A DNA stretch of 37,799 bases from an uncultured Bacteroidota bacterium (GTDB taxonomy: Bacteria; Bacteroidota; Bacteroidia; Chitinophagales; Chitinophagaceae): contig CAIWKU010000376.1 in the NCBI GenBank assembly GCA_903913355.1, positions 1-37,799 on the forward strand, read 5' to 3'. Shown in pieces: positions 1 through 10,614 of this stretch. Within the stretch, counting starts at the first letter, position 1, and each line of letters begins with the position of its first letter. The notes below the pieces were generated by a model, which saw only the letters and a list, made by a program, of their open reading frames with translations, was not told the origin of the DNA and did no database searches. The translations under genes and the position numbers were made by a program.

Positions 1-2759
1 ATATTGTATACCTAGGCACTGGAGAAACAGAGTTTCGGGGGAATATTATGTAGGGCGATGGGGTATATAAATCTATCGATGGAGGTAAGACCTGGAAAAA
101 TATAGGTTTAAAAAATACACAATCTATCTCAAGAGTGCGTATTCATCCTACCAATCCTGATATCGTATATGTATCCGCATTAGGACATGCATTTGGACCA
201 AACGAAGAAAGAGGCGTTTTCAAAACTATGGATGGCGGTAAAACATGGAAAAGAGTTTTATATAAAGGAGATAATGCAGGCGCAGAAGACCTGGTGATTG
301 ATCCCAATAACCCCGATATCATATTTGCTACCATTTGGCAGGTATACCGCACTCCTTATAAGATGTGGGCAGAAACCGGAGTCTCTGCTTTATATAAATC
401 TGTGGATGGCGGTGAAACCTGGACAGATCTTACCAAAAATGAAGGAATGCCTAAAAGTCCGGTAGGCAAAATTGGCGTAACCGTTTCTCCTGTTAAACCG
501 AATCGGGTTTGGGCCATTATTGAATCGAATGAGGGCGGACTATATCGTTCAGATGATGGTGGTAGTTCATGGAAAATAGTGAACAACGAGCGTAAATTAA
601 GGCAAAGGGCTTTTTATTACTCCCGTATAGTAGCAGATACCAAAGACAGTAATACGATTTATGGATTAAATGTAAATTTCTATAAATCCACTGACGGTGG
701 TATTAGTTTTAAAACAGAAATCAAGCCTCCACATGGAGATAACCATGATTTATGGATTGATCCGGAAAATCCAATGCGCATGGCAACATCCAATGATGGA
801 GGAGGTACCATTTCTGTGAATGGAGGAAAAACCTGGACAGATGAAGATTTTCCAACGGCTCAATTATATCATATTACTACTACAACCGACTTCCCTTACC
901 AGGTTGCAGGGGCGCAACAAGATAACAGTACAGTGGTAGTGCCTAGTGAAGACTATTGGTATAAGTCTCTCAATACAAATTCGATCAAACCAGGAATTGG
1001 CTTTGCCTATTCGATTGGTGGAGGCGAGAGTGGATATATTGCTCAGGACCCTAAGAACCCGGATATTTTTTATGCAGGAAGTCAGGGCGCTTTATTAACC
1101 AGGTTTAACCGGGCTAACGGAGAAATGCGTGATGTACAAGTATATCCCAGGTTCTTTTCCGGAGAAGAAGCAAAAGTATTGCCTGAAAGATGGCAGTGGA
1201 CATATCCTATTGTTTTTTCACCGGTAGATCCGAAAAGATTATATACCTGCTCACAACATGTATGGATGACCACTAATGAAGGCCAAAGCTGGGAAAGAAT
1301 CAGTCCGGATCTTACCTATGCTGATACCGCAACTTTAGGAATAAGTGGTGGATCTATCACCCGTGATATGAATGGTCCCGAAATTTATGCTACGGTATTT
1401 GCACTCGCTCCCTCTTATCAAAATGTAAATATCCTTTGGGCAGGATCTGATGATGGGTTGGTACATATTACAATGGATGGAGGAAAAACCTGGAAAAATA
1501 TTACTCCTCCTGATATGCCAAAAAATACAAGGGTAAGTATCATCGAAGCCTCTCATTTTGCAGCAGGCACAGCTTATGTGGCTGCTAAAAGATATCAGAT
1601 GGATGACAGAACGCCTTATATATGGAAGACCAACGATTATGGTGCACATTGGAAAAAAATTATCCAGGGCATTCGTGCCGATGATTATGTGCATGCAGTA
1701 AGAGAAGATATTACGCGTAAGGGATTACTATATGCCGGAACAGAACATGGGGTATGGGTTTCGTATGATGCCGGAGAATCCTGGCAAACTTTGCGACTCA
1801 ACCTGCCTGATGTTCAAGTATCAGATATTGCGGTAACGGAAAAAGATATTGTAATCGGCACACATGGAAGATCCATGTATGTATTGGATGATGTATCTCC
1901 GATAAGAGATAAAGTTTCCGGATTAAAACCCTCTGCGCCTTATCTCTTCAAGCCCTATTATGCTGTCAGAAATGTTCAAAAAGCCGTTTTTCAATATTAT
2001 CTACCTAAAGAAACGTCTGATCTTACGATTGAGATTTTTGGGAAAGATGGAAAACAGATTCAAAAATTTATAGGAGTGGCTCCCAAATCACCTAAAGACA
2101 GTAGTATTTCCGATGAAGATGAAGAGGATAGAAAAGCGCCTCCGCCAACCAGTAAAGCAGGCCTGAATAAATTTGAGTGGGATTTAAAATACCCTGCAGC
2201 TACTTCATTTAAAGGTATGATTCTCTGGGGTGCGAATAAAAATGCAGGCCCTTTGGCCCTACCTGGTATGTATATAATTAAATTGACCACTGCAGGTAAA
2301 ATCCTAACAGATTCTTTTGAAATCAAACTCGATCCGAGAATCAAAGATGTTACAAGGGCTGATCTGGAAGAAAAATTTACACTGGCTATGCAAATCAGAG
2401 ATCAAACCAGCAAAGCAAATGAAGCAGTAATACGAATCAGGGAAGTAAAAGAGAAAATAAACAAAGAAGGTATCTCTGAAAAAAACAAAGCACTGTTCAC
2501 TCAATTAACCAATATAGAGGAAAACCTTTACCAGGTAAAAAATCAGAGTTCTCAGGATCCATTGAACTTTCCGATTAAATTAAACAACCGACTGGCAGCA
2601 TTGGAAAGAGTGGTTGAATCAGGCGAGTATAAACCTACCAAAGGCTCTTATACTGTTTTTGCAGAATTGAAAAAGGAATTAGCTATACAATTGTCGCTTC
2701 TGGCAAAAACGCTTACCTCTAAAGAGGCTGCGAATTATCTGAGTGCAGACAAGAAATAA
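1..2759 (+). CDS. VPS10/sortilin-like BNR (Asp-box) repeat glycosyl hydrolase, 5'-partial, interrupted by an in-frame TAG at 51-53 (possible pseudogene or sequencing error)
   Basis: Many SxDGGxTW Asp-boxes (TMDGGKTW, SVDGGETW, SDDGGSSW, STDGGISF), plus HGDNHDLWIDP, QLYH, GGGESG and THGRS motifs. Frame +3 reads IVYLGTGETEFRGNIM*GDGVYKSIDGGKTW from base 3, so the gene begins before the window and the ORF-track start at 135 is internal. Confidence 0.88.
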
Positions 2760-2764
2760 TATCC

Positions 2765-2801
2765 AAATAAGGGTACTGAATACAATTCCGTACCCTTATT
2801 T
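2765..2801. terminator. Probable bidirectional intrinsic terminator between convergent genes
   Basis: Perfect 12-bp inverted repeat aaataagggtac (2765-2776) / gtacccttattt (2790-2801), lying just after the stop at 2759 and overlapping the convergent stop at 2796. Confidence 0.7.
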
Positions 2802-3971
2802 AATTTGTATTAAGTCTGTTTTTGCAATGATTTCTTCCAATACTTTATACAATCTATCAAGGTCATCCTGGCTATTAAATGCATTCAGTGAATACCGTAT
2901 GTATATATCATTCTCCTGTTTCATTACCGGTACTTCTATTTGATAATTCTCAAAAAGATGCTTTTGCAAAACAACCGGGTTCGAAGTAATTACCGGAATA
3001 CTGATCATTTGACCGATAAACGCATCAGTAATCGGACTTATCGGATTAGACTGGAGTAATGTATAAAACCGCTCCGCATTTTTCTGTACCAACGCCCTGC
3101 ACGCAGCCGCAATATCAGGCCAGTTGTTTTCTTTCATAAATGCTACCGCCTTGGGCACGGTTAAAAATGCAGAAAAATCCCGGGTACCCTGCATTTGATG
3201 ATAATCTAAAAAACGGGAGTGGGAAGGGGTAGCACTTTCATACCCCCAACTGATCAACAGCGGATCGAATACATCCTGAAATTCCTTTTTAATATATAAA
3301 AATGAGCAGCCTTTGGGCGTCATCATCCACTTATGACAGGCTCCGGTATACATATCTGCACGAAGTTTGGAAAGGTCAACAGGTACATGACTGGGAGCGT
3401 GTGCTCCATCAACAATCGTAAGTAACCCTTTTTGTTTGGCAATTTCACAGATCTCTTCTACCGGTAATATTAACGCGGTTGCACTGGTAATATGGCTGAT
3501 AAAAATCGCTTTTGTTTTACTGGTGAGACCTTTAAAAAAATCATCTATCAGTTTTTCTTTTGAAATTATCGGCAGACTAATGGGCTGCCTGATATATTTT
3601 GCCCCAGCTTTCTTACAATAATAATTCCATATCCTGTCGCAGGCACCATACTCTATATTAGTGCCAAGAATTTCATCGCCCGCTTGTAATGGAAAACTTT
3701 TAGCGATAATATTTACAGCATAGGATGGATTGGTAACAAATACGATATCATCTGGATTACACTGTATATATCCACCCAACGCTTCCCTGGATTGTTGTAA
3801 GTATTTTTGGCCATTTACTGTTATGTATTGAACAGGTTCGTATTCAAGCTCTAATTGCCATTTTTGATAATCCTCAAATACTGGTCTTGGACAGGCGCCA
3901 AAAGATCCAAAATTCAAATAAGTGATGTCTGGGTTGAGCAGAAACTGAGATTTGAGTGATGCGTTTTGCAT
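2796..3971 (-). CDS. PLP-dependent class V aminotransferase (isopenicillin N epimerase/CefD-like or C-S lyase-like)
   Basis: YLNFGSFGACP, VDGAHAP and the PLP-lysine motif GACHKWMMTPKG, plus GTRD. Start taken at ATG 3971 (MQNASLKSQFLL). Confidence 0.85.
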   Translation of the reverse strand: MQNASLKSQFLLNPDITYLNFGSFGACPRPVFEDYQKWQLELEYEPVQYITVNGQKYLQQSREALGGYIQCNPDDIVFVTNPSYAVNIIAKSFPLQAGDEILGTNIEYGACDRIWNYYCKKAGAKYIRQPISLPIISKEKLIDDFFKGLTSKTKAIFISHITSATALILPVEEICEIAKQKGLLTIVDGAHAPSHVPVDLSKLRADMYTGACHKWMMTPKGCSFLYIKKEFQDVFDPLLISWGYESATPSHSRFLDYHQMQGTRDFSAFLTVPKAVAFMKENNWPDIAAACRALVQKNAERFYTLLQSNPISPITDAFIGQMISIPVITSNPVVLQKHLFENYQIEVPVMKQENDIYIRYSLNAFNSQDDLDRLYKVLEEIIAKTDLIQIK

Positions 3972-4013
3972 AATAAATAGAATACGGTTTTGAATAATCA
4001 ACTACCTGGTAAT

Positions 4014-4757
4014 TTACCCGTTAACTGGCAGATATTTATCTGGATATATTTTCTCGATTTCGCCAATAATTTTACGCATCAAAGCAGCACATTGATCATA
4101 CCTGTCCAACACTTCCTGGGGATTTGCTAACATGCTACAGATATTATATGCTTCATCATTTTTAATAAGAGAAAGAATATTAGAAGTGCTATCGGTTAGC
4201 CTCCTTTTATTTTTCAAAATATAATTGAATAGTTCCTTTTTTATTCCCAAATAAGCTTTCGTGCTGGCAAGTAAAGCTGGTATGCTTTCCTGATAGAGGT
4301 CCATAATATCGTTTTGCAATACTTTGTCTTCAATGTTCCCTATTTTACCGGAAGATTTAAACCCCTCAAATCTGCCATCATTCGGATTGAGCTCGGTAGT
4401 GTTGAATATATTATAAGCGTACTTCTGAACTGAATCGCGATTAAGCACTTCATTCATTTTTACTCCGGAAATATAACTAAATGCATGTTTCTGACCCAGA
4501 TAGGATTTTTTGTCTTCTTCCATTTCTTTCAGGTCATGTGCCAGATCTTCCCGAAGACCCTGCATAAATTCTTTAACTTCTTTCTGCTCATGCTTATGCT
4601 CACTCCAGCTATGAAACCAGATCGAAAGTGTTACTGCAAATACAATGATCAGGATCTCAAGAACAAATTCCTGTAGCTTATGCAGAAAGGAATGCTCTTT
4701 ACTATTCCAGATGGAATATATTTTTTTAGTGTGTTTGGCTACCTCTTCTTCTGCCAT
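4014..4757 (-). CDS. Bacteroidota membrane-anchored hypothetical protein, DUF6090-like
   Basis: EILIIVFAVTLSIWFHSWSE transmembrane segment followed by helical LREDLAHD and FEGFKSSGKIGNI, as I recall for DUF6090 proteins. Confidence 0.65.
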   Translation of the reverse strand: MAEEEVAKHTKKIYSIWNSKEHSFLHKLQEFVLEILIIVFAVTLSIWFHSWSEHKHEQKEVKEFMQGLREDLAHDLKEMEEDKKSYLGQKHAFSYISGVKMNEVLNRDSVQKYAYNIFNTTELNPNDGRFEGFKSSGKIGNIEDKVLQNDIMDLYQESIPALLASTKAYLGIKKELFNYILKNKRRLTDSTSNILSLIKNDEAYNICSMLANPQEVLDRYDQCAALMRKIIGEIEKIYPDKYLPVNG

Positions 4758-4863
4758 TAGGTTCTGGTTAAGGGATGATTGATTTAGCTAATATAAAATA
4801 AAATTATAGACTTATCTGCTAATTGAAAGATCCAGAAAGCGTTGCTTAGATGTATTGAATAAT

Positions 4864-4891
4864 AAAGCCTTACCGTTTAGGGTAAGGCTTT
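4864..4891 (-). terminator. Intrinsic terminator downstream of the M14 peptidase
   Basis: 11-bp perfect stem aaagccttacc / ggtaaggcttt with a 6-nt loop, 17 nt past the stop at 4909. Confidence 0.7.
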
Positions 4892-4908
4892 ACTGTTAAT
4901 CGGGTTAT

Positions 4909-7716
4909 TTATTTATACAACTCATTAAATAAAAATTTGAATGTTCCATGCGTCTGTGCCCTAAAAGTAATTTCCGGTCCGAATGCATACAACTTCCCTT
5001 CTCCAACTTTCGCTACAAATGCCGAAACCCCATCCTGTAAATATGCCTGTCCCCAGGCCCATCCACTGCGCAAGGGTTTATTATTTGGAAACCAGGCCAA
5101 TGGTTTTACGATTCCTTTTGCATTGGCTTCGGGGGTAATTGTAAACACAGGACTTGCATCAAAATAAACATCTGTTTCAGCGTGCATACCCCATGTAGAC
5201 TGGTCTGTAGTATCTACACTCACGCGCAAAACACTTCCGGGGATATAGAATTTTTCTCCAGGTAATTTCTTTTCCTGTCCATTCACCATTTCCACCAAGG
5301 CATCTTTTACCGGAACATGTAAATGGTATGCGAGATTGGTACTGCTTCCAATGGTAACAATATTACCACCGGCCTCAATAAATTTTTTAAGTTCAGGTAT
5401 TGATTTCTCAGGAGAGATTCTTCCTAACCTCGCTCTGTATTCTTCCGGTACATCTTCCGGTTTTATTTCATTTCTTCCAAACCCGGTTCCTGCCGCTCTG
5501 GCTGCATTATTGTTTACGGTTACAGCAGGAATAGCTCCTCCAACAAAAATGATCACATCATATTTTGAACGCAAATTGCCTGTATCAATATCTTTGGCGT
5601 AAATAATATCTACAGGAAAATGGTATTGTTCCATAATATACCTAACCCAGCCTGATGACATTGACCCGCCATAATTATCCCAAACAGCTACTTTTGCTGA
5701 ATTGATTTTCTGCAAAGATGCAGGCCGCTTATTAATTCCATTTGCGGTCACACCTGCTTCTGAGATTGCTTTTTCTATAATTGACTTTGTTTTGGGAGAA
5801 GCAGGAACAAAGAAGGATCCGATGGCAGCATCAGAGCCCTTGACAGAATCTGTCAAACGATATACTTCAATTCCGGCTTTTAGAAGATCATTGGCAACTG
5901 TAAAGGATTTGTTGGCCCTTGCATCAACCAGGTAACCCTTCGCATTTACTTCACCCTGTATTTTTCCACTTACATGCTGTAACTCGCCATAAGGAATCTT
6001 CTCAAAGGGTCCATCAAAATTTTCTAGTACCCGATCAAACTGTATACCCATGGTATATGCAAGTGTCCATCCTGCAGCATCATAAGGAGCAACAGGCGGG
6101 CCACCTGGATACAGAAAATCATTGGGGTGATCCTGTGGTTCAAACAGATCAATCACATGCGGTCTGAATGCCTGATTGGTTTTTACTATATAAGAACCTG
6201 CTGGATAATTTTTATTTCCTACTGTAAATGAACTGGTTGCTTTCTGTATAAGTATGCCCGTTCCAATCAATGCATTAATGAATCGGGTAGCCGTTGAAAA
6301 ATCTTTTTGATCTGATGGAATAATATACCCCCTCGCATCTCTCAATCCCGGGTTTTTCATTACCGTATCATAAAATTTAACAGGAATAAAATTCTCTCCC
6401 CTAAGTGCCGTTGCTGCAGCATTGGCTGAATCGGTAATGGCGGCTCTTCTTGCCGGAGTGGCCGTTTTAGCTGATTCCTGGTATAATTCGTTTATCTCGT
6501 TAATTCTTTTAGGCGATAATGTCCAATAGTCTTTTTCACCTCTTTCGATCGAGTTTTTGCCCATCTTATAAATATTATACAATAGCTCATCATGGTATCG
6601 CTGGGCATAATTCAATACCGCATAATTCAGCGATACAGAATAATCAATAGAATTTTTAAAATACCATTTTTGTGGTGTTACCGGAAAAGGGGTTGCACCA
6701 TTAGGTATCAGGCGTTGTGGTACCAGTGGAATATTGGAAGGTGTAGGACTTCCGATAATTTCTGTTAACAGCCCTACCATATTATGAAAATAGGTAGTTG
6801 TTCTCAAACCTCCATTATACCATGTTGAGTAAACCGATCCTGCACGTTCGGTATAACCGGGTTTGCCTTCTACATTTAATCGATTAATCATGGCGGCACC
6901 TACTGCATCAAGACTGGTTATTACCAGCGGATCAAAAACATAATTGAATGGGTCGCGATACGGCGGACCAGCAACAACAGATCCTGCGGGCCCGGCCTGG
7001 TGGTGATTGTACATGATCTGTGGGATCCATTCTACAAATAACTGTTTACAAATATTTTGTGTCTCTTTCAGATTCAACATATAGAAATCGCGATTATTAT
7101 CATGACCCGCATATTTCTCATATAACCTCGGTAATTGATCCGTTGTTCTCTTCTCTTCTTTTGCCTGACGCATATACCAATTAGAAACCAGCTCTTGTCC
7201 ATCCGGGTTGGCATGCGTCATTAATATAATTACCTGATCCAGTATCCGCAATGTTTCCGGATCCTTCCTGCTGATCAATTCATAAGCAGTCTGAATAAGC
7301 TGGTGCGCCCCTACTACTTCTGTAGCATGCAAGCCCCCATCAATCCAAACAATTGATTTTCCTTCGGCAGCCAATGCATGCGCCTGCTCGTCAGTCAGTC
7401 CTTCTGCATGAGCCAGTTTTTGGGATATTTCTTTATAGCGATCTAATTTTTTTAAATTCTCAGGTGAACTTACAATCAGCATCAATTGGGTTCTCCCTTC
7501 TTCTGTTTTTCCAATCTCAACCAGCTTTACTCTGTCTGAAGCTGCCGCCAATTTTCTGAAATAGGCTTCTGTTTGGGTATAATTGGCCAATTGGTAATTA
7601 TCTCCAATAGAAAAACCAAAATGCTCTTTTGGCGTAGGGATATTTTGCGCAAATGATGAATTGGCAAAAAAGAAACAAAAGAAAATAAAGAATACAATGG
7701 GGCTTTTACGTAACAT
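4909..7716 (-). CDS. Secreted M14 family zinc carboxypeptidase
   Basis: Signal peptide, Zn motif GLHATE, NPDG, HDNNRD, MYNHHQ and LLTE, with a C-terminal class-I amidotransferase-like region. Confidence 0.9.
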   Translation of the reverse strand: MLRKSPIVFFIFFCFFFANSSFAQNIPTPKEHFGFSIGDNYQLANYTQTEAYFRKLAAASDRVKLVEIGKTEEGRTQLMLIVSSPENLKKLDRYKEISQKLAHAEGLTDEQAHALAAEGKSIVWIDGGLHATEVVGAHQLIQTAYELISRKDPETLRILDQVIILMTHANPDGQELVSNWYMRQAKEEKRTTDQLPRLYEKYAGHDNNRDFYMLNLKETQNICKQLFVEWIPQIMYNHHQAGPAGSVVAGPPYRDPFNYVFDPLVITSLDAVGAAMINRLNVEGKPGYTERAGSVYSTWYNGGLRTTTYFHNMVGLLTEIIGSPTPSNIPLVPQRLIPNGATPFPVTPQKWYFKNSIDYSVSLNYAVLNYAQRYHDELLYNIYKMGKNSIERGEKDYWTLSPKRINEINELYQESAKTATPARRAAITDSANAAATALRGENFIPVKFYDTVMKNPGLRDARGYIIPSDQKDFSTATRFINALIGTGILIQKATSSFTVGNKNYPAGSYIVKTNQAFRPHVIDLFEPQDHPNDFLYPGGPPVAPYDAAGWTLAYTMGIQFDRVLENFDGPFEKIPYGELQHVSGKIQGEVNAKGYLVDARANKSFTVANDLLKAGIEVYRLTDSVKGSDAAIGSFFVPASPKTKSIIEKAISEAGVTANGINKRPASLQKINSAKVAVWDNYGGSMSSGWVRYIMEQYHFPVDIIYAKDIDTGNLRSKYDVIIFVGGAIPAVTVNNNAARAAGTGFGRNEIKPEDVPEEYRARLGRISPEKSIPELKKFIEAGGNIVTIGSSTNLAYHLHVPVKDALVEMVNGQEKKLPGEKFYIPGSVLRVSVDTTDQSTWGMHAETDVYFDASPVFTITPEANAKGIVKPLAWFPNNKPLRSGWAWGQAYLQDGVSAFVAKVGEGKLYAFGPEITFRAQTHGTFKFLFNELYK

Positions 7717-7867
7717 TAGCGGGTAGTTTGGTTGTATGGAATTGAAATTAGTAGGAATACTAAATGTAAATAATTTCCAGTCACGTTTTTAAAAAACGGG
7801 TCAAAAGGGAGTCAAAATCGGTACAATCTGCTGAATGCTGAGATATTTGAGAACTGTCTGAAAAGAA

Positions 7868-8617
7868 TTACTTGGCCTTTTTCTGAAGATAATAATTAAC
7901 AAAGTCAAGGAACGAAAGAACTTCCGTATCATTCTTTAGTTTATTCTTATTTTGCTTTACCCAGTCTTCCATAGCGCTATCCGGATGCACGATTTCATAC
8001 ACTGCTTCTTTATTAAGTACTTTCAGTGTATTTACCTCCGCATTATTTGTAAGTGCATAATAGGTTTTTGAAAAAAAGGAAGAAACAGATTTCCCGGCTA
8101 ATGCATCATACGGGGCGGTTGTGATCAATGATTTTTTCATTTCCAGCAGCCGATACCTGCCATCATTTAATACCCGGTAATAGGCCAGACCCTTATTTCC
8201 AATAAAATCAGGGTATGCCTCAAATATAGATAACACTTTGGTGCTGTCTTCTCTTTGTAAAAAGACCAGTTTTTTTATAAGACTGCCATCTGTAACCAGC
8301 TCTGTACCGCTATTATCTAAATAGTGAATTTGATTTGTATAAAAATTGAGTTTTACACTTTTTAGTTTAACAATAGAGCCGCCACTTAAATATAAAAAAG
8401 CCGGAGCCCATTTATCATTCCAGAAAGGGCTTCCTTCAATATCTGCATAATTCATCAATTCGGCCTTCTTGGAACCAATAGCAGCAGGATCGTAAAATTT
8501 TACCCATCCAAAACTGGCACCTCCCTGTGACCCACTAACTACATCCAGTACCGCCTGTTGCCCATTTGCTGATAAAACGCCAATAAAAGAAAGAAAGAGA
8601 ATCAAGAATACCTTCAT
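7868..8617 (-). CDS. Secreted Bacteroidota hypothetical protein
   Basis: 249-aa ORF with a signal peptide. GSPFWNDKW...LNFYTNQI and C-terminal KQNKNKLKNDTEV resemble common Bacteroidota hypotheticals. Confidence 0.75.
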   Translation of the reverse strand: MKVFLILFLSFIGVLSANGQQAVLDVVSGSQGGASFGWVKFYDPAAIGSKKAELMNYADIEGSPFWNDKWAPAFLYLSGGSIVKLKSVKLNFYTNQIHYLDNSGTELVTDGSLIKKLVFLQREDSTKVLSIFEAYPDFIGNKGLAYYRVLNDGRYRLLEMKKSLITTAPYDALAGKSVSSFFSKTYYALTNNAEVNTLKVLNKEAVYEIVHPDSAMEDWVKQNKNKLKNDTEVLSFLDFVNYYLQKKAK

Positions 8618-8688
8618 ATTGTTTTGTTTTGCATAATTAAGTTAACAAAAAGAAACAGTTTGATCTATTAATTTTTACTTAATCAGCA

Positions 8689-8713
8689 AAAACCCGCCAA
8701 ATAAGCGGGTTTT
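8689..8713 (-). terminator. Intrinsic terminator downstream of the CoA transferase
   Basis: aaaacccgc / gcgggtttt stem with a 7-nt loop and a U-run on the minus strand. Confidence 0.7.
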
Positions 8714-8768
8714 GTTACGCTAATAAAATTGAGAAACTATTTGCTCCAATCAGTAAACTGATAAAGCA

Positions 8769-10064
8769 TTAAGATGGCAGGAATATTTTAAATCTTTCAA
8801 AACAGTATTTAGTAAGCAGCTCTCTGTCATCGGGGTGAGAAATATTAATCAGTGACTGGGCTCGCTGACGCAGGTTTTTTCCAAATAAAAAAGTGCTGCC
8901 ATATTCTGTAACCACATAGTGCACATGTCCACGGGTAGTTACTACACCCGCGCCTTGTTTAAGACAGGGTACAATGCGGGGAACTCCTTTAGCGGTTCGA
9001 CTACTCAGGGCAATAATGGGTTTTCCCCCTTCACTTAGTGCAGCCCCGCGCATAAAATCCATCTGGCCACCGATACCACTAAATTGCATTTCTCCAATAC
9101 TATCTGCACAAACCTGACCTGTCAGGTCAACTTCAATTGCACTATTGATAGCAATCACTTTGGGGTTACGGCGAATTACATGCGGATCATTTACATAATC
9201 AATATCCAGAAAGGAAAAAGCAGGGTTATCGTTCAGGTAATCATATAATTTCTGACTACCCACTGCAAATGACGTGACTGTTTTATTCGGGTGAATTTTT
9301 TTCTTTTTGTTATTGATCACATCAGTTTCTACCAGATCAATGATTCCATTACTCAACATTTCGGTATGCACACCCAGGTCACGATGCCCACTCAGGTATT
9401 TAAGTACCGCATCAGGAATGGTGCCAATACCCATTTGTATCGTACTTCCATCATCTATCAACTCGGCAACATTTTTACCAATGGTCATTTCTGTTTCACC
9501 TACTTTTTTTCCGTAATCTTCTTCATAAGCTTTGGCGGGATGATATACCATTTTTGCAAACCTGTCGGTATGTATCATTCCATCCCCATGGGTTCTGGGA
9601 AGATCCGGATTAACCAATGCGATTACTGTTTTCGCGCTATCTACGGCAGAGCGGGCAATATCTATGGAAAGACTGAGCGAGCAATATCCATGACTATCCG
9701 GAGGTGAAACATGTACGATGGCAACATCAATGGCCAGTATCTTTCTTTTAAACAGATCGGGAATATCACTTAAGAAAACCGGCACAAAATCCGCTCTTCC
9801 TTCTGATACAGCCTGACGAACAGAAGGTGAAACAAAAAGGGAATTTATGTGAAAGGCCGACTGGTAACCGGGCTTATCCAGTTCAATATCTCCTTTAAGG
9901 GTTATAGAAACCAGTTCTACATCTTTCAGCCTGTCTTTTTCCTTGGCCAACTCATGCAAAAGATATATCGGTGTACAACTTCCTCCATGAATAAATACAC
10001 GCTGCCCACTTTCAATAACAGAGAGTGCTTCTTTTGCGGATACATAAGTAAAAGGGTGCGTCAT
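8769..10064 (-). CDS. Acetyl-CoA hydrolase / 4-hydroxybutyrate CoA-transferase family protein
   Basis: IQMGIGTIPDAV, LGVHTEM (catalytic Glu), INSAIEVDLTGQVCADS, SGIGGQMDF and YVVTEYG. Confidence 0.93.
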   Translation of the reverse strand: MTHPFTYVSAKEALSVIESGQRVFIHGGSCTPIYLLHELAKEKDRLKDVELVSITLKGDIELDKPGYQSAFHINSLFVSPSVRQAVSEGRADFVPVFLSDIPDLFKRKILAIDVAIVHVSPPDSHGYCSLSLSIDIARSAVDSAKTVIALVNPDLPRTHGDGMIHTDRFAKMVYHPAKAYEEDYGKKVGETEMTIGKNVAELIDDGSTIQMGIGTIPDAVLKYLSGHRDLGVHTEMLSNGIIDLVETDVINNKKKKIHPNKTVTSFAVGSQKLYDYLNDNPAFSFLDIDYVNDPHVIRRNPKVIAINSAIEVDLTGQVCADSIGEMQFSGIGGQMDFMRGAALSEGGKPIIALSSRTAKGVPRIVPCLKQGAGVVTTRGHVHYVVTEYGSTFLFGKNLRQRAQSLINISHPDDRELLTKYCFERFKIFLPS

Positions 10065-10292
10065 TGGGTGTTTTTTTATTTTGCAAGATTGATTATTTTA
10101 AAAAAGCTAAACTATGAGATTGGTCATACAAAAAACTGATGCTCAATAGAAACAGGTAGCATATTCCTGTTTATCTCCCTTCTTTCAAAACTACCTGATT
10201 CTTATCTATACGCGTAATTATTACGTAACTTTATATCCGGGGCCTATCTGCAACTATCCGATAAACCCTTATTGCTAACTATCATTGTGTTT

Positions 10293-10586
10293 ATGAAAAA
10301 GTTTATTCAGGTTTTGTTGGTTGCCGGTATCATGTTAATAGGTATTCTGGGCATAACCAACCCCGGACATAAACTATATAAAATGTTTGATGGTGTGGAA
10401 GGGAAACTGATTCACAATTATTTTATTTACTCCGTTTACCAACAGTATGCCAGCTTTACGGTAAGCAAAGATGGGAAGTCCAGGATTTACAGGAGATATA
10501 TTGGTATTGCCATGGACTATTATGAAATCAGCCCCCTGGTTGAAAAAATAGAACCGCCTTCGCCAACACAGCCTGAATTGAAGTAA
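10293..10586 (+). CDS. Small membrane-anchored hypothetical protein (possibly DUF4359-like)
   Basis: N-terminal hydrophobic helix ending in ITNP, then NYFIYSVY and YIGIA. Same strand as and 28 nt upstream of the MgtC gene. Confidence 0.6.
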   Translation: MKKFIQVLLVAGIMLIGILGITNPGHKLYKMFDGVEGKLIHNYFIYSVYQQYASFTVSKDGKSRIYRRYIGIAMDYYEISPLVEKIEPPSPTQPELK

Positions 10587-10614
10587 TCTATTTCTAAAAA
10601 ATAAAATCAGAAAT

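Noticed and set aside
51-53. TAG-to-Gln genetic code reassignment as the explanation for the in-frame stop
   Set aside because: TAG serves as an apparent true stop at 11251-11253, 31016-31018 and 36196-36198, and I saw no other gene in the window interrupted by TAG.
2796-3971. Beta-lactam biosynthesis inferred from the CefD-like gene
   Set aside because: There is no ACV synthetase, isopenicillin N synthase or expandase in the window.
8769-10064. CoA transferase as part of the glutamylation pathway (GABA/4-hydroxybutyrate link)
   Set aside because: It is 4 kb away on the opposite strand, separated by unrelated genes, and belongs to a common Bacteroidota family.
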